Assembly: GCA_038087875.1 (NCBI GenBank)
Contig: JAXLNO010000539.1
Location: 124,001-177,127, forward strand
Source of the DNA: Malacoraja senta
Taxonomy: Eukaryota
Reading direction: 5' to 3'
Length of the DNA: 53,127 bases
In this document: in pieces, positions 12,866 to 24,051 of the stretch
Layout of the letters: each line of letters opens with the position of its first letter
How positions within the stretch are numbered: the first letter of the stretch is position 1
Translations under genes and position numbers: made by a program
The notes under the pieces: model-generated
The model's database searches: none
What the model saw: the letters and a program-made list of their open reading frames with translations, nothing else
What the model was told of the DNA's origin: nothing

Positions 12866-13428
12866 CTCAGTAAAGTGGAGTCCTGCTGCCCTTCCCCCTA
12901 CTCCAGCCATACTACTTCTCCTAACCCCCGACCCCAGGACTACCTCTCACACCTCCTCACGGTACCTCCCCCTCGCCCCCCTAAAACCACTCTAACCTCC
13001 CCCCCCCCACGACCCCAGTCGCATTTTCAAGAATAGTCTTAATGAGGAACTTGGGAAATAACCCCTAATCTTGCCTGCTACACATTCAGGAAGTATTTTT
13101 TAAATAAAAAAATATTTTGGTTAGATAATTAAAAAATGTAATTATTATTATTGGCCTTGTCAAGCATAAGGTTTAGCAGCACATGCTACGAATGCCCGTT
13201 GTGGAGACACTGGTATCATTGTCGGACATTGACCATTCTTTTTTATTCTGGATTTTAATTCATGTATTGTGGGGTTTTTTAATATATAATTTATGATGCT
13301 TTAATAAGCGATATACTAAGATTTAATATGTATTTTATGCTGATTTTATATACAATGTATTTTTATGTAATGTTGTCCCTTGTCTGGACCTTGAGTCTGA
13401 AATAAAGTTTATTAATATTATTATTATA

Positions 13429-13715
13429 TCCCGCGGTCTAGGCATAAACTCAGAGGTGACCCCGCCTTTGCGGTTGCAGCTCCTAGACTGTGGAACAGCA
13501 TCCCCCTTCCCATCAGAACCGCCCCCTCCATCGACTCCTTTAAGTCAAGACTAAAAACCTATCTATACTCCCAAGCCTTTCTTGACGTCCTCTGAGCGAG
13601 GGCTACATGTATATATGTATGTAGTTTGTTTGTTTATATTATTATTATAACAAATCTAAAGCACTTTGGCCAACGAGAGTTGTTTTTTAAATGAGCTATA
13701 TAAATAAATGTGACG
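13429..13715 (+). mobile_element. L2-clade LINE 3' fragment
   Basis: Reverse-complement match to 7280-7570. Confidence 0.85.
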
Positions 13716-14259
13716 AGTATTATTATTATACTGTGATTAGGTGGACCTGGAATCTTAGATTATCTTCTTATGCTCAAGGTAGAATGATTTCCCGGTTAGA
13801 ATGATCCTAAATCACGCATTAACTTCTGATTTCATATATTTTTTATCAGGAGGACCTCAAAATAACTCGAATGAGCTTGTTTCCAAAGGAGGAGGTTGGC
13901 TTCTTTTTAATTCCACCAGTTTTCTAATTCCACCCTCTGATTGGGAATTTATCGGGTGTAAACAAGGAGTTCAGTGTAGCCAAAAGCCTGATTAAGACTT
14001 TCCTATCTGCAATCTGTGATTTTCCTCTGTGCAATCAGGTTCCTGTGTAAATAGAGAGGCCATTAACTTTAAAGAAAATCAGCAGATCCAAACACAGCAC
14101 TCCGGGAACATTCTCTGCTGCATTCCACGCATTCCTGGGCCCGTCTGAAGCTTGCCACAGGCAGAAGGGGCTCTCTCTCTCTCTCTTGTACACTTCACAG
14201 CTGCAGATAAATATAATCCCATCAACACAAAAACCTCCTTGACTCTTCAATCCTATCAC

Positions 14260-14765
14260 CATGTTATAGGAAAGATGTTGTCAAGCTTGAAAGAGTTCAG
14301 AGAAGAGTTACGAGAATGTTGCCAGGCCTAGAGGGCCTGAGCTATAGGGAGAGGTTAAGCAGGCTGGGACTCTATTCCTTGGAGCACAGGAGGATGAGGG
14401 GTGATCTTATAGAGGTGTATAAAACCATGAGAAGAATAAATCGGGTAGATGCACAGAATCTCTTGCCCAGAGTAGGGGAATCGAGGACCAGAGGACATAG
14501 GTTCAAGAGGAAAAGATTTAATAGGAATCTGAAGGGTAACTTTTTCACTCAAAGGGTGGTGGGTGTATGGAACAAGCTGCCAGAGGAGATAGTTGAGGCT
14601 GGGACTATCCCAATGTTTAAAAAACAGTTGGACAGGTACATGGACAGGACAGGTTTGGTGGGATATGGACCAAACGCAGTCAGGTGGGACTAGTGTAGCT
14701 GGGACATGTTGGCCGGTGTGGGCAAGATGGGCTGAAGGGCCTGTTTCCACACTATTGCTCTATGA
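14260..14765 (+). mobile_element. CR1-type LINE 3' end
   Basis: ORF 14316-14693 LEGLSYRERLSRLGLYSLE.RRMRGDLIEVYK. Confidence 0.9.
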
Positions 14766-15079
14766 CTCTAATCCCTGGATGGCACTGGCTGCCATTGGCC
14801 CTGTGTCGCCTCATGCACAAATTTAAAATGTTCAATCTTGTGCTCGTCTCCTTAAATGTACCTATCTCTAGCATTGTAACCCCCCCTCCAAAGCCTGAAC
14901 ATTACTTGCAGTGTCATCAAACCACTGAACCAGTTTGTTCCTCTGAACCTGGTCCTCTACAACACCCTTCTTTCCCTCCAAGATTCCAGCTTTGTAGACT
15001 CCACACTCTGTAATTACCCCTCCTCTTCCTGTCCTTGCTTTTGACACACTCTTTGAAGCCCACCTCAATGACTAAAGTG

Positions 15080-15429
15080 TAGGAAGGAACTGCAGACGCT
15101 GGTTTAAACCGAAGATAGACACAAAAGGTAGACAAAAGTGCTGGAGAAACTCAGCGGGTGCAGCAACATCCATGGAGCGAAGGAAATAGGCAACCCTTCT
15201 GGGTTTCGGCCCGAAACGTTGCCTATTTCCTTCGCTCCATAGATGCTGCTGCACCCGCTGAGTTTCTCCAGCACTTTTGTCTACCTTCGATTTTCCAGCA
15301 TCTGCAGTTCGTTCTTAAACAGATAGACACAAAAAGCTGGAGTAACTCAGCGGGACAGGCAGCATCTCTGGAGAGAAGGAATGGGTGACGTTTCGGGCCG
15401 AGAGCCTTCTTCAGACTAAATTGCTCTTG
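15080..15429. mobile_element. Nested Penelope-derived short units (inverted pair inside another unit)
   Basis: TSD caatgactaaagtg at 15066-15079 and 15430-15443; internal inverted arms. Confidence 0.75.
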
Positions 15430-15998
15430 CAATGACTAAAGTGCTCCTCACTGACTCATCCTCTTCTTGTTTCTTTACACTTATGGGATCTCTTTCGACA
15501 GATGCTTATGGAAAAACATGTTATTACTTAGGAATAGGCACGTCAGTGCAGGTTAACTCATTTAATTGAGACTGCCCCACTATTTTGTGAGTTCATGACT
15601 AGTCAGTTGCATAACCCCAAACACCCATTTTTACCCTTCATTCTTAAATTTTGCAGTTAAGAAAAAAATCTTTTGATCTATCCAAACATTGGGTGAAGAA
15701 ATCGTGAGCCTTTTGTGCTGCTGGTATGTTTACATGCACACACAGATCTGATGATGGATTATTGTATTTGAGATGGTTGTCTATTATGTGTAATAACCAC
15801 AGAAGAATGTGTTCCAAGGATAATGCCTTGTTTGTGGAAATGCACAGATGTCTGTCCGTTAGCTGGAGATTTAGACTGCAGCTGTCACCCCCAACTGGTT
15901 GACATTCAAATACAGAACTACACTCATCCTAAAACGTTTCTATTAGAAGAAAAACATTGTCACTAGGCTGACTTATGCACCAGGAAACATAAACACTA

Positions 15999-16606
15999 TG
16001 GGCCTGTCCCACTTAGGCAAGTTGTTAGTCAACTACGACAATGGAATTCACCGAAGTCAGCACCGATGACACCTGACGACAGCACCTACGTCAGGAGAAG
16101 ACAAGCTACGCCAGAGGGCTGAGGGAGAGCTGAGAAGGGGAGGAGACAGCAAGGGGTTCCGGACTTCAACTCCCCGTCCCATTCCGAATCCGACCTTTCT
16201 GTCCTGGGCCTCCTCCATGGCCAGAGTGAGCACCACCGGAAATTGGAGGAGCAGCGCCTCATATTCCGCTTGGGCAGTCTGCACCCTAGCGGCATAAACA
16301 TTGACTTCTCCAATTTCCGGTAGCTCTTGCTGTCTCCTCTCCTCCCCTTCTCAGCTCTCCCTCAGCCCTCTGGCTCCTCCTCTTCCTTTCTTCTCCCCCC
16401 CCCCCCCCCCACATCAGTCTGAAGAAGGGTTTCGGCCTGAAACGTTGCCTATTTCCTTCGCTCCATAGATGCTGCCTCACCCGCTGAGTTTCTCCAGCAC
16501 TTTTGTCTACCTTAGATTTTCCAGCATCTGCAGTTCCTTCTTTTAAACACAAGCTACGACAAATCCAGTCGCCTAGTCGCTTAAAAAAATCGCCTATGTG
16601 GGACTG
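15999..16606. mobile_element. Harbinger-like MITE containing a Penelope insertion
   Basis: Left TIR gggcctgtcccacttagg; degenerate right end cctatgtgggac. Confidence 0.65.
16111..16548 (+). mobile_element. Penelope-like element 3' fragment with an inverted partial pseudo-LTR at its 5' end
   Basis: TSD acaagctacg 16101-16110 and 16549-16558; GIY-YIG tail (KLEEQRLIFRLG); 16111-16152 is inverted relative to about 16325-16373. Confidence 0.85.
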
Positions 16607-17536
16607 ACTACAGGTCTTGTGTGACTGTCGGGTTAGAAGAACTCTCAGACCATCTTCTACAAGCCTCATACCTTAAGCACAACACGAGATTGTCCCCACA
16701 AAGACCTTTAGAGCTATCATACCTTGACAGGAGAGACATAGAAAGATCACATTGCCAGTGGGCTAAATATTCGTTCCAAAACTAATTTTCATACCAGTTA
16801 ATATATTTAATATGCAGCTCACATTAACAGGATTGGGACCATGCCTGAATTCAGAAAGTCACTGCCATGGTTCACTTCTTATAAATATGCGTGCTTCAGG
16901 AGGCAAGTGGATGATTATCAACAAGTCTCACCTTTTGGGAAGTCAAATTTGGAATGGAAGTAAAGGGAAAATGATTTAATTTCTTATATTATAGGAGAAA
17001 TCTTGAATTTGACCCGGGACAGGTATATTCCAGTTCTGTGCACGAGGAAAAAAAGTGAAAAGAAACCCAAAGACTTGAGTAATAAATTGAGTTCAGTAAT
17101 AAATTCCAGCGGTTAAAAAACAACTTTCTTTTTTGCTTCCTCGGAATTGCAAACTCCTTCTCTGCCAGTTTCCCAAGCTGCTGCTAAAGGGATGGCAAAC
17201 TGCACTCCTCCAGTTAATATCAACAGGACTTTGTGAGGTAAACCCAAGTAAAATAACACAGTCTTTTTTTTCAGTTCAGTTGAGCCACAGACTACCCAGA
17301 CCTTCATCAACTTGCAGTAGAGCAGTGACTTGTTATTGATATTGGTTATTGTCACGTGCACAGATACACAGTGAGAAACTTTGTTTCACATGCTATCTAG
17401 GTAAGTCATAAATGCATGAGGTAATGCAAAAGAGAAAATAAACAGAGTGCAGAATATAGTTTTACAGCTACAGAGAAAGCGCAGATTTTTTTTTTAAAGC
17501 GCGAGGGTAGATTGGAGGATCGGAAATTCATCCTAA

Positions 17537-17870
17537 AAGCCCAGTCCCACGGTACGAGTTCATTCCAAGAGCTCCCCCGAGTTTGCCCTGATTCGAACTC
17601 GGAGGTTTACAGTAATGGCCACTCGTCGGTACTCGGAGCTCTCGTGGACATTTTTCAACATGTTGAAAAATCTTCACGAGTCTTCCCGTGCTTACCTGCC
17701 GTTAGCGAGTCTTCCCGAGTACCTGCCGTTAGCGTTTTACGAGCCGCTAAGAGACGTCCCCGAGCTCCGACGTACCCGCTACGTTCATTCTCCGTGCTTA
17801 CCACGAGTTAGATTTTTTTTTAAACTCTGGAGAGCTCTTGGAATGAACTCGTACCGTTGGACAGGGCTAT
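17537..17870. mobile_element. Harbinger-like MITE
   Basis: Imperfect TIR agcccagtcccacggtacgagttcattccaagagctc / gagctcttggaatgaactcgtaccgttggacagggct; TAA flanks. Confidence 0.75.
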
Positions 17871-18008
17871 TAACATATGAGAGATCCGTCAAGAGTTTGA
17901 TGACAGCAGGAAAAAGCTGTTCTTGAATCTGTGGTACATGTTTTCAAGCTTTTAAATCTTCCGCCTGATGGGTGGGGGAAGAAGAGAGAATTGGTCCTTG
18001 ATTATGTT

Positions 18009-18473
18009 TAAGAAGGAACTGCAGATGCTGGAAAATCGAAGGTAGACAAAAATGCTGGAGAAACTCAGCGGGTGAGGCAGTATCTATGGAGCGAAGGAAA
18101 TAGACGGTGGTAAGGCCTTCAACATCGAGCTGCAGTAGCGCTAAACCTCGACAGTTGGCGGCATTTAACGGTGCCGCCTGGCCTGGGGAAGCTTATGAGC
18201 CCGTAAGCTACTCGTGGAGGAGGCAGCATAGAGGCGGTCTTTGTCTCCTCGTGGACAGCGCCTCCTGCGAGTGTGGGGACCCAACACAGACAGTGGAGCA
18301 CATAGTCACCAGTTGCCCCAAACATCGGCCACCGAATGGTGAACGAGGTCTGATTGACCTGGACGATGACACGTTGGCCTGGCTCGCCTCAACAGAGCAG
18401 CAGGTCTAAAAGACACACGACAGAAGAAGAAGAAGGAAATAGGTAACGTATCGGGCCGAAACCCTTCTTCAGA
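18009..18473 (-). mobile_element. Penelope-derived short unit with its own TSD, interrupted by 18104-18431
   Basis: TSD cttgattatgtt 17997-18008 and 18474-18485. Confidence 0.8.
18104..18431 (+). mobile_element. 5'-truncated Vingi/RTE-X-type LINE 3' end
   Basis: CECGDPTQTVEHIVTSCP...LDDDTLAWL; (gaa)n tail; TSD gaaggaaatag 18093-18103 and 18432-18442. Confidence 0.7.
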
Positions 18474-18763
18474 CTTGATTATGTTGGTTGCTTTCCTGAG
18501 GTAGCATGAAGTGCAGTTGGAGGTTAGTTTACTTAATGGAATGGGCTGTGATCACAACTCTGCAATTTCTTGAAGACTTGGGCAAAGCAGTGGCCATAGC
18601 AAATAGTGAGCATGCAGACAGGAACTGGTAAGAGCCATTGAAGGCATACTGAATTCCCTTAGCCTTCTGAGGAAGTAGTGGCGTTGCAGTTTCTAAACCA
18701 CATCGTCAACGTGGTTGAACCAGGACAAATTGTTGAAAACGTCCACACCTAGGCACTTGATGG

Positions 18764-18895
18764 GCTGAAGAAGGGTATCGACCCAAAACGTCACCCATTC
18801 CTTCTCTCCGGAGATGCTGCCTGTCCCGCTGAGTTACTCTAGCTTGTTGTGTCTATCTTTGGTTTAAGCCAGCATCTGCAGTTCCTTCCTACACA
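18764..18895 (+). mobile_element. Penelope-derived short unit
   Basis: ctgaagaagggtatcgacccaaaacgtcacc...gcagttccttcctacac. Confidence 0.75.
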
Positions 18896-19220
18896 CTTCT
18901 CAACCATCTCTACCTCAATGCCATTGTCGTGGACTGGGGCGTGTACTCCACTCCGCTTCCTGAATGATGTTTTGTAATTAGCCAAATTATATCACGGCAA
19001 GTGACATTCCGAAACACAAGTTCTTTATTTGACACGTGCTTTCAGGTTGGCAAGGACTCATGATTCTTTTGGAGTTAATTCCTGAATTTCTGTCAGGCAC
19101 TTGGACTCCGAGTTAGATCATCACCACAGTTACACAAATGGATATGCTCATTTTGATGGAGACAAGGGAGCAGTACTTTGCCCTTATCTTCAACATGAAA
19201 GCTTTGGAAGAGGAAAGACA

Positions 19221-19535
19221 GGGTGGCGCAGTGGTAGAGTTGCTGCCTTACAGTACTTGCAGCGCCAGAGACGCGGGTTCGATCCCGAATGCGGGTGCCG
19301 CCTCTACGAGGTTTGTACGATCTCCCCGTGACCTGCGTGGGTTTTCTCCGAGATCTCCGGTTTCCTCCCACTCCAAAGACGTACAGGTTTGTAGGTTAAT
19401 TGACTTGGTACAAGTGTAAATTGTCCCTAGTGGGTGTAGGGTAGTGTTAATGTGCGGGGATCGCTGGTCGGTGTGGACCTGCGGGCCGAAGGGCCTGTGT
19501 CGGTGCTGTATCTCTGAACTAAACTAAACCAAACT
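19221..19535 (+). mobile_element. tRNA-derived SINE (HE1/V-SINE type)
   Basis: ggtggcgcagtggtagag A-box, ggttcgatccc B-box, conserved core and tail. Confidence 0.85.
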
Positions 19536-20325
19536 ACAACAAAAAAATTCAAATCAGTCCCATGAAAATATTGGGCACGTGTGTAGGCTACGGCAGGGTG
19601 GCTAATATCCTCAGAATCCTGGCAAGAGACAACAGCTGCACAGGTAAACAGAGTTCAGTTTAGTTTATTGTCTCGTGTACCGAGGAACAGTGAAGAGCTT
19701 TTGTTGCGTGCATACACACCTTTATTGAACTGCAAAATCTGTCAGTGACAGACATGAAAATATGCAGTAAAATAAGCACAGAAAATATGCTCAATGGAAA
19801 TATTTGTAAGCAGCAATTCAGATAGTTTACATCTTAGCAAATCCTTTTTCTGTGCCTCAGCACCAAGGAGACTGCCAAGTCACTCAAAGCAGCAACAGCC
19901 AAATGCTGTTTTGTTTTCCCACAAAGGCTCTTAAACAGACCCACATACGGGTCTCAGATTCCAAAACAAGATGAAGGGGATGGTGTTCTTACACTGCTGT
20001 TTGCTAGCTAATGAATCCCTGGCTGGGATTCAAGTGAGGATGCACACTGCGCCTTCTCCAGATCCTTTCAGCCCCACCGCAGGGGCCGTGGACTTGCCAT
20101 CGGACCGTGCGATCCCTTGCATGGGATCGGCGCTCCAACCGCAGCCTGCGGATTTCACCGTCGAGAAGCTCGCAGTCTCGGGTAGAGGCCGATGTCGGGA
20201 AGCTCCAAACGACACAGGTTTCGACCAGCCCCGGGGTCAGATCCCCCGGCGCAGGGGAGATGAGATTGCCCCACCCCTCCCCCCCCCCCCCCCGATGCAG
20301 GAGCTTGATCGCCCCGACACGGGTC

Positions 20326-20465
20326 TTCTTCTTCTTGCGTATGGCGTGCACAGCCTAAAGTTGCAGGACAACTTGTTCTATTTGATCTTATTTGATAGTG
20401 CACGCCAGGTCGATTGCATTCCTCGAAACAGGGCCGACCACGTGAAGGTTGTAATCTCCCACCCC
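20326..20465 (-). mobile_element. 140-bp SINE-like retroposon with HDV-like ribozyme head and (GAA)n tail
   Basis: TSD gacacgggtc 20316-20325 and 20466-20475; (ttc)n at left end. Confidence 0.8.
20412..20465 (-). ncRNA. Minimal HDV-like ribozyme fold (this copy probably inactive)
   Basis: GGGGUGG-GA-GAUUACA-ACC-UUCACGU-GGU-CGGCCCU-G-UUUCGA-G-GAA-UGCAAUC = P1, P2, P3, L3, P3', P1', P1.1, mini-P4, J4/2, P2'. Confidence 0.7.
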
Positions 20466-21098
20466 GACACGGGTCGAGAGCCAAGATCGCCCCGACAACA
20501 GAAGGCTCGAGGCCCCCGACTGCGGGAGAACAAAGAAGGGAAGAGATTGAACTTTTCTGCGCCTTCCATCACAGTGAGGAATGTGGAGGAGTCACTGTGG
20601 TGGATGTTTATGTTAAAATGTGTTTTGTGTGTTCTGTTGCCTTTTATTGGTATGACTGTATCGCAAAGGAAATTCCTCGTATGTTGCAAAACATACTTGG
20701 CTAATAAAGTATGATTATGAGATCATTGAACAGGCACCAATGCTTGATATGGCGAGAAGGCAGGAACGGGGTACTGATTGGGGATGATCAGCCATGATCA
20801 TATTGAATGGCGGTGCTGGCTCGAAGGGCCGAATGGCCTACTACTGCACCTATTGTCTATTGTACATGAGAGATAACCTTTATGGAGGATAAAAAAAGAT
20901 GCCAGACACCCAAGAATGAAGAAACAAATATGGAAATGGCAGGATTATCATTGGAAATCTCCACGTTTCCTTCCCAAGTCATACATTACCCTAACTTAGA
21001 TTTGTAACACACTTTATAGGTTTGTTCCTGTCACATGTACCAAGGTAGAGTGACAAATCTTGTTTGCGTGCTATCCAAGCAAATCATACCATACATAG

Positions 21099-21391
21099 GT
21101 CAAGTCAAGTCACATTTATTAAAATAGCACATTTAAAAAACAACTCTCGTTGGCCAAAGTGCTTTACATTTGTTATAAGAATAGCACAAACAAAACAAAC
21201 TACATACATATATACATGTAGCCCTCACTCAGAGGACGTCAGGAAAGGCTTGGGAGTATAGATAAGTCTTTAGTCTTGACTTAAAAGAGTCGATGGAGGG
21301 GGCAGTTCTGATGGGAAAGGGGATGCTGTTCCACAGTCTAGGGGCTGCAACCGCAAAGGCGCGGTCGTCCCTGAGCTTATGCCTAGACCGT
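21099..21391 (-). mobile_element. L2-clade LINE 3' fragment
   Basis: DRAFAVAAPRLWNSIP...; same family as 7280-7685. Confidence 0.85.
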
Positions 21392-21776
21392 GAGTAGATC
21401 ATGAGTGCAAGAAAGAGAAAGCAACAGAATGCAGAATATCGTGTTCCAGTTAGAAAGTGCAGATATAAAAAGTGCAAGAGCCACAATGAGGTAGATTGGG
21501 ATATTGGGAATTCACCCATAGCATTTGAGGGGTCCGTTCAAGTCTGATAACAGCGTGAAAGAGGTTGTTCTTAAATCTGGTGTTACGCGACTTTTAAGCT
21601 TTTGAGCCCTCTGTCTGATGGGAGAGGGAATGACAGGGGTGTGGGTGATCATTGATTATGTTGGCTGCTTTCCCAGGATGAAGTGTAGTCTGCATGATGG
21701 ATTGAGTTGCTTTCACAACTCTTTTGTGGTCTTGGGTGCAGCAGTTGTCTTACCAAGCTATGATACATCGGGACAG

Positions 21777-22110
21777 GCCTGGATAGAGTGGATGTGGAGA
21801 GGATGTTTCCACTAATGGGAGAGCCCAGGACTAGAGGTCACAGCCTCAGAATTAAAGGACGTTCCTTTAGGAAGGAGATGAGGAGGAATTTCTTTAGTCA
21901 GAGGGAGGCGAATCTGTGGAAATATTTGCCGCAGAAGGCTGTGGAGGCCTTGCAAGTCAAGGGATATTTTTAAGGCAGAGATAGATTTTTAAGGCAGAGA
22001 TAGATTCTTGATTAGTTCAGGTGTCAGGGGTTATGGGGAGAAGGCAGGAGAATGGGGTTAGGAGGGAGAGATAGATCAGCCATGATTGAATGGCAGAGTG
22101 GACTTGGACT
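21777..22110 (+). mobile_element. CR1-type LINE 3' end
   Basis: MDVERMFPLMGEPRTRGHSLRIKG. Confidence 0.85.
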
Positions 22111-22113
22111 GAA

Positions 22114-22363
22114 GCCCATAAGAATTACCACTCTGGATGAAAGTACTGGGGATTGACTGCTGGCTTGTGATCAAGATTCAAGAGAGTTTATTGTCATGTG
22201 TCCCAGATAGGACAATGAAATTCTTGCTTTGCTTCAGTGATTTTGGAGGAGGGAAAGGGACAGAAGAACACTGTGGCAAATGTTGAATTTGGGGATACAT
22301 ATCCTGTTTAGAAAGAAAAGTATAGGCCGGAATGAAACAAATTCAATTCAACGAATTAACTGC
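22114..22363 (-). repeat. Copy B of the inverted duplication, with a 63-bp LINE-tail insertion (22174-22236)
   Basis: Reverse complement of 11583-11766; insert matches the reverse complement of 8155-8219. Confidence 0.95.
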
Positions 22364-22597
22364 CGAACTCTTCACCAGCATCTATCACCATGCGGAGAGG
22401 ATCTCATCATAAAGGAAGCAACTGTGCAGAGTACTATGGCCACTAGGGCAGCAGCAGAAGGAGAGGAACCATCAAGGCAACTCACGAGACCTGTAAAAGC
22501 AGTCTTTCTACTGCTGGTGAAGAAAATATTCTTTTAATAAATGCCAATCGACATGACATAACCACAGAAAGTGAACGCTGAACATTCAAGCCACGTA

Positions 22598-23145
22598 TCC
22601 ACCTGGAGTATTGTGTGCAGTTTTGGTCCCCTAATTTGAGGAAGGACATTCTTGCTATTGAGGGAGCCCAGCGTAGGTTCACCGGGTTAATTCCCAGGAT
22701 GGAGGGACTGTCATACGCTGAGAGAATGGAGCGGCTGGGCTTGTACACTCTGGAGTTTGGAAGGATGAGAGGTTATCTCATTGAAACATATAAGATTGTT
22801 AAGGGTTTGGACACGTTAGAGGCAGGAAACATGTTCCCGATGTTGGGGGAGTCCAGAACCAGGGGCCGCACACAGTTTAAGAATAAGGAGTAAGCCATTT
22901 GGAACAGAGACGAGGAAACACTTTTTCTCACAGAGAGTGGTGAGTCTGTGGAATTCTCTGCCTCAGAGGGCGGTGGAGGCGGGTTCTCTGGATGCTTTCA
23001 AGAGAGAGCTAGATAGGGATCTTAAAAATAGCGGAGTCATGGGATATGGGGAGAAGGCAGTAACGGGGTACTGATTGGGGATGATCAGCCATGATCACAT
23101 TGAATGGCGGTGCTGGCTCGAAGGGCCTACTCCTGCACCTATTGT
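22598..23145 (+). mobile_element. CR1/HER1-type LINE 3' end
   Basis: [22 protein letters not shown]. Confidence 0.9.
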
Positions 23146-23609
23146 ATCCCATTACAGCAAAACAGGGAATCTGCAAATAACAGTGTCTGGGACAATCCCA
23201 AACACCTTCCGGTGAATGGTTTCAAGCTAGCCATCTTCTCAGTCAGTAAATTTACAAATGAATGGGCTAAAGCAGTATTCTCTCCCTCCCCCCCCCCCCC
23301 CCCCACCATCACCGCACGCACACAGCTGAAGAAGAGTCACGACGCTAAACTTCACCTATCCATGTCCTCCAGCGATATTCCCCAACTCGAAGATGCTGGA
23401 GTAACTCAGCGGGACAGGCAGCATCTCTGGAGAGAAGGTATGGGTGACGTATCGGGTCGAGACCCTTCTTTCCAGTACGAAGAAGGGTTTCTACCCGAAA
23501 CATCACTTAGCTTTTTGTGTCTACCTTCAGCCCAGCTTGGCCATGCTGACCAAGATGCCCACCTACAGTAGTCCCACCTTGCCCGCGTTTGGCCCATATC
23601 CCTCTAAGC

Positions 23610-23902
23610 CAGCGTTTCTCAACCAAGATAAACTAGAGTCAAAATGGCGGCGGGCCAACTGCGCAGGCGCAGCTGACGATCTCAAAATGGCGGCGGGCCC
23701 GGAAACCCCCAACTGTGCGGGGCACGGGAGACGGCGACCATTTTCAATTGTGACGCCAAAGATCGCCATTGTGACGCCAGAGATCGCCGTTGTGACGCGA
23801 GTCAAAATGGCGGCGGGCCCGGCAACCCCCAACTCAGGGGTTCCCCGAGACATGAAAATCATTTCAAGGGTCCCGCAAGGGTAAAAAGGTTGAGAAACTC
23901 TG
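23610..23902. mobile_element. hAT (Charlie-like) MITE inserted in an antisense CR1 end
   Basis: TIR cagcgtttctcaacc / ggttgagaaactctg; 8-bp TSD ctctaagc 23602-23609 / ctctaaac 23903-23910; internal direct repeats. Confidence 0.85.
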
Positions 23903-24051
23903 CTCTAAACCGTTCCTACCCATGTAACTGTCTTTTAAATGTCGCTGCAGTCCCAGCCTCAACTACCTCCTTTGGCAGCTCGTTCCATACACCCATGAAA
24001 AAGCTGTCCCTCAGGTTCCCTTTCCCGTAAATGGTCTTTGACTGTTCTTTA

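Larger units (their letters stand above)
20060..20720 (+). mobile_element. GC-rich non-autonomous retroposon with LINE-like (Rex1-type?) 3' tail
   Basis: Co-linear with the reverse complement of 28944-29540; ends ttggctaataaagtatgattatga. Confidence 0.65.

Noticed and set aside
13174..13195. tagcagcaca, a miR-15/16-like 5' end
   Set aside because: Match stops after about 11 nt and I see no precursor hairpin
15650..15730. Possible exon ttttgcag...ctg/gtatgt
   Set aside because: Stop codons in all three frames; cannot be supported as coding
19090..19220. Short open frames after tgtcag (LDSELDHHHSY... / MDMLILMET...)
   Set aside because: No recognisable homology or donor site; runs into a SINE
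19971..20714. Longest ORF in the track (247 aa)
   Set aside because: Spans a GC-rich retroposon plus a nested insertion; chance frame
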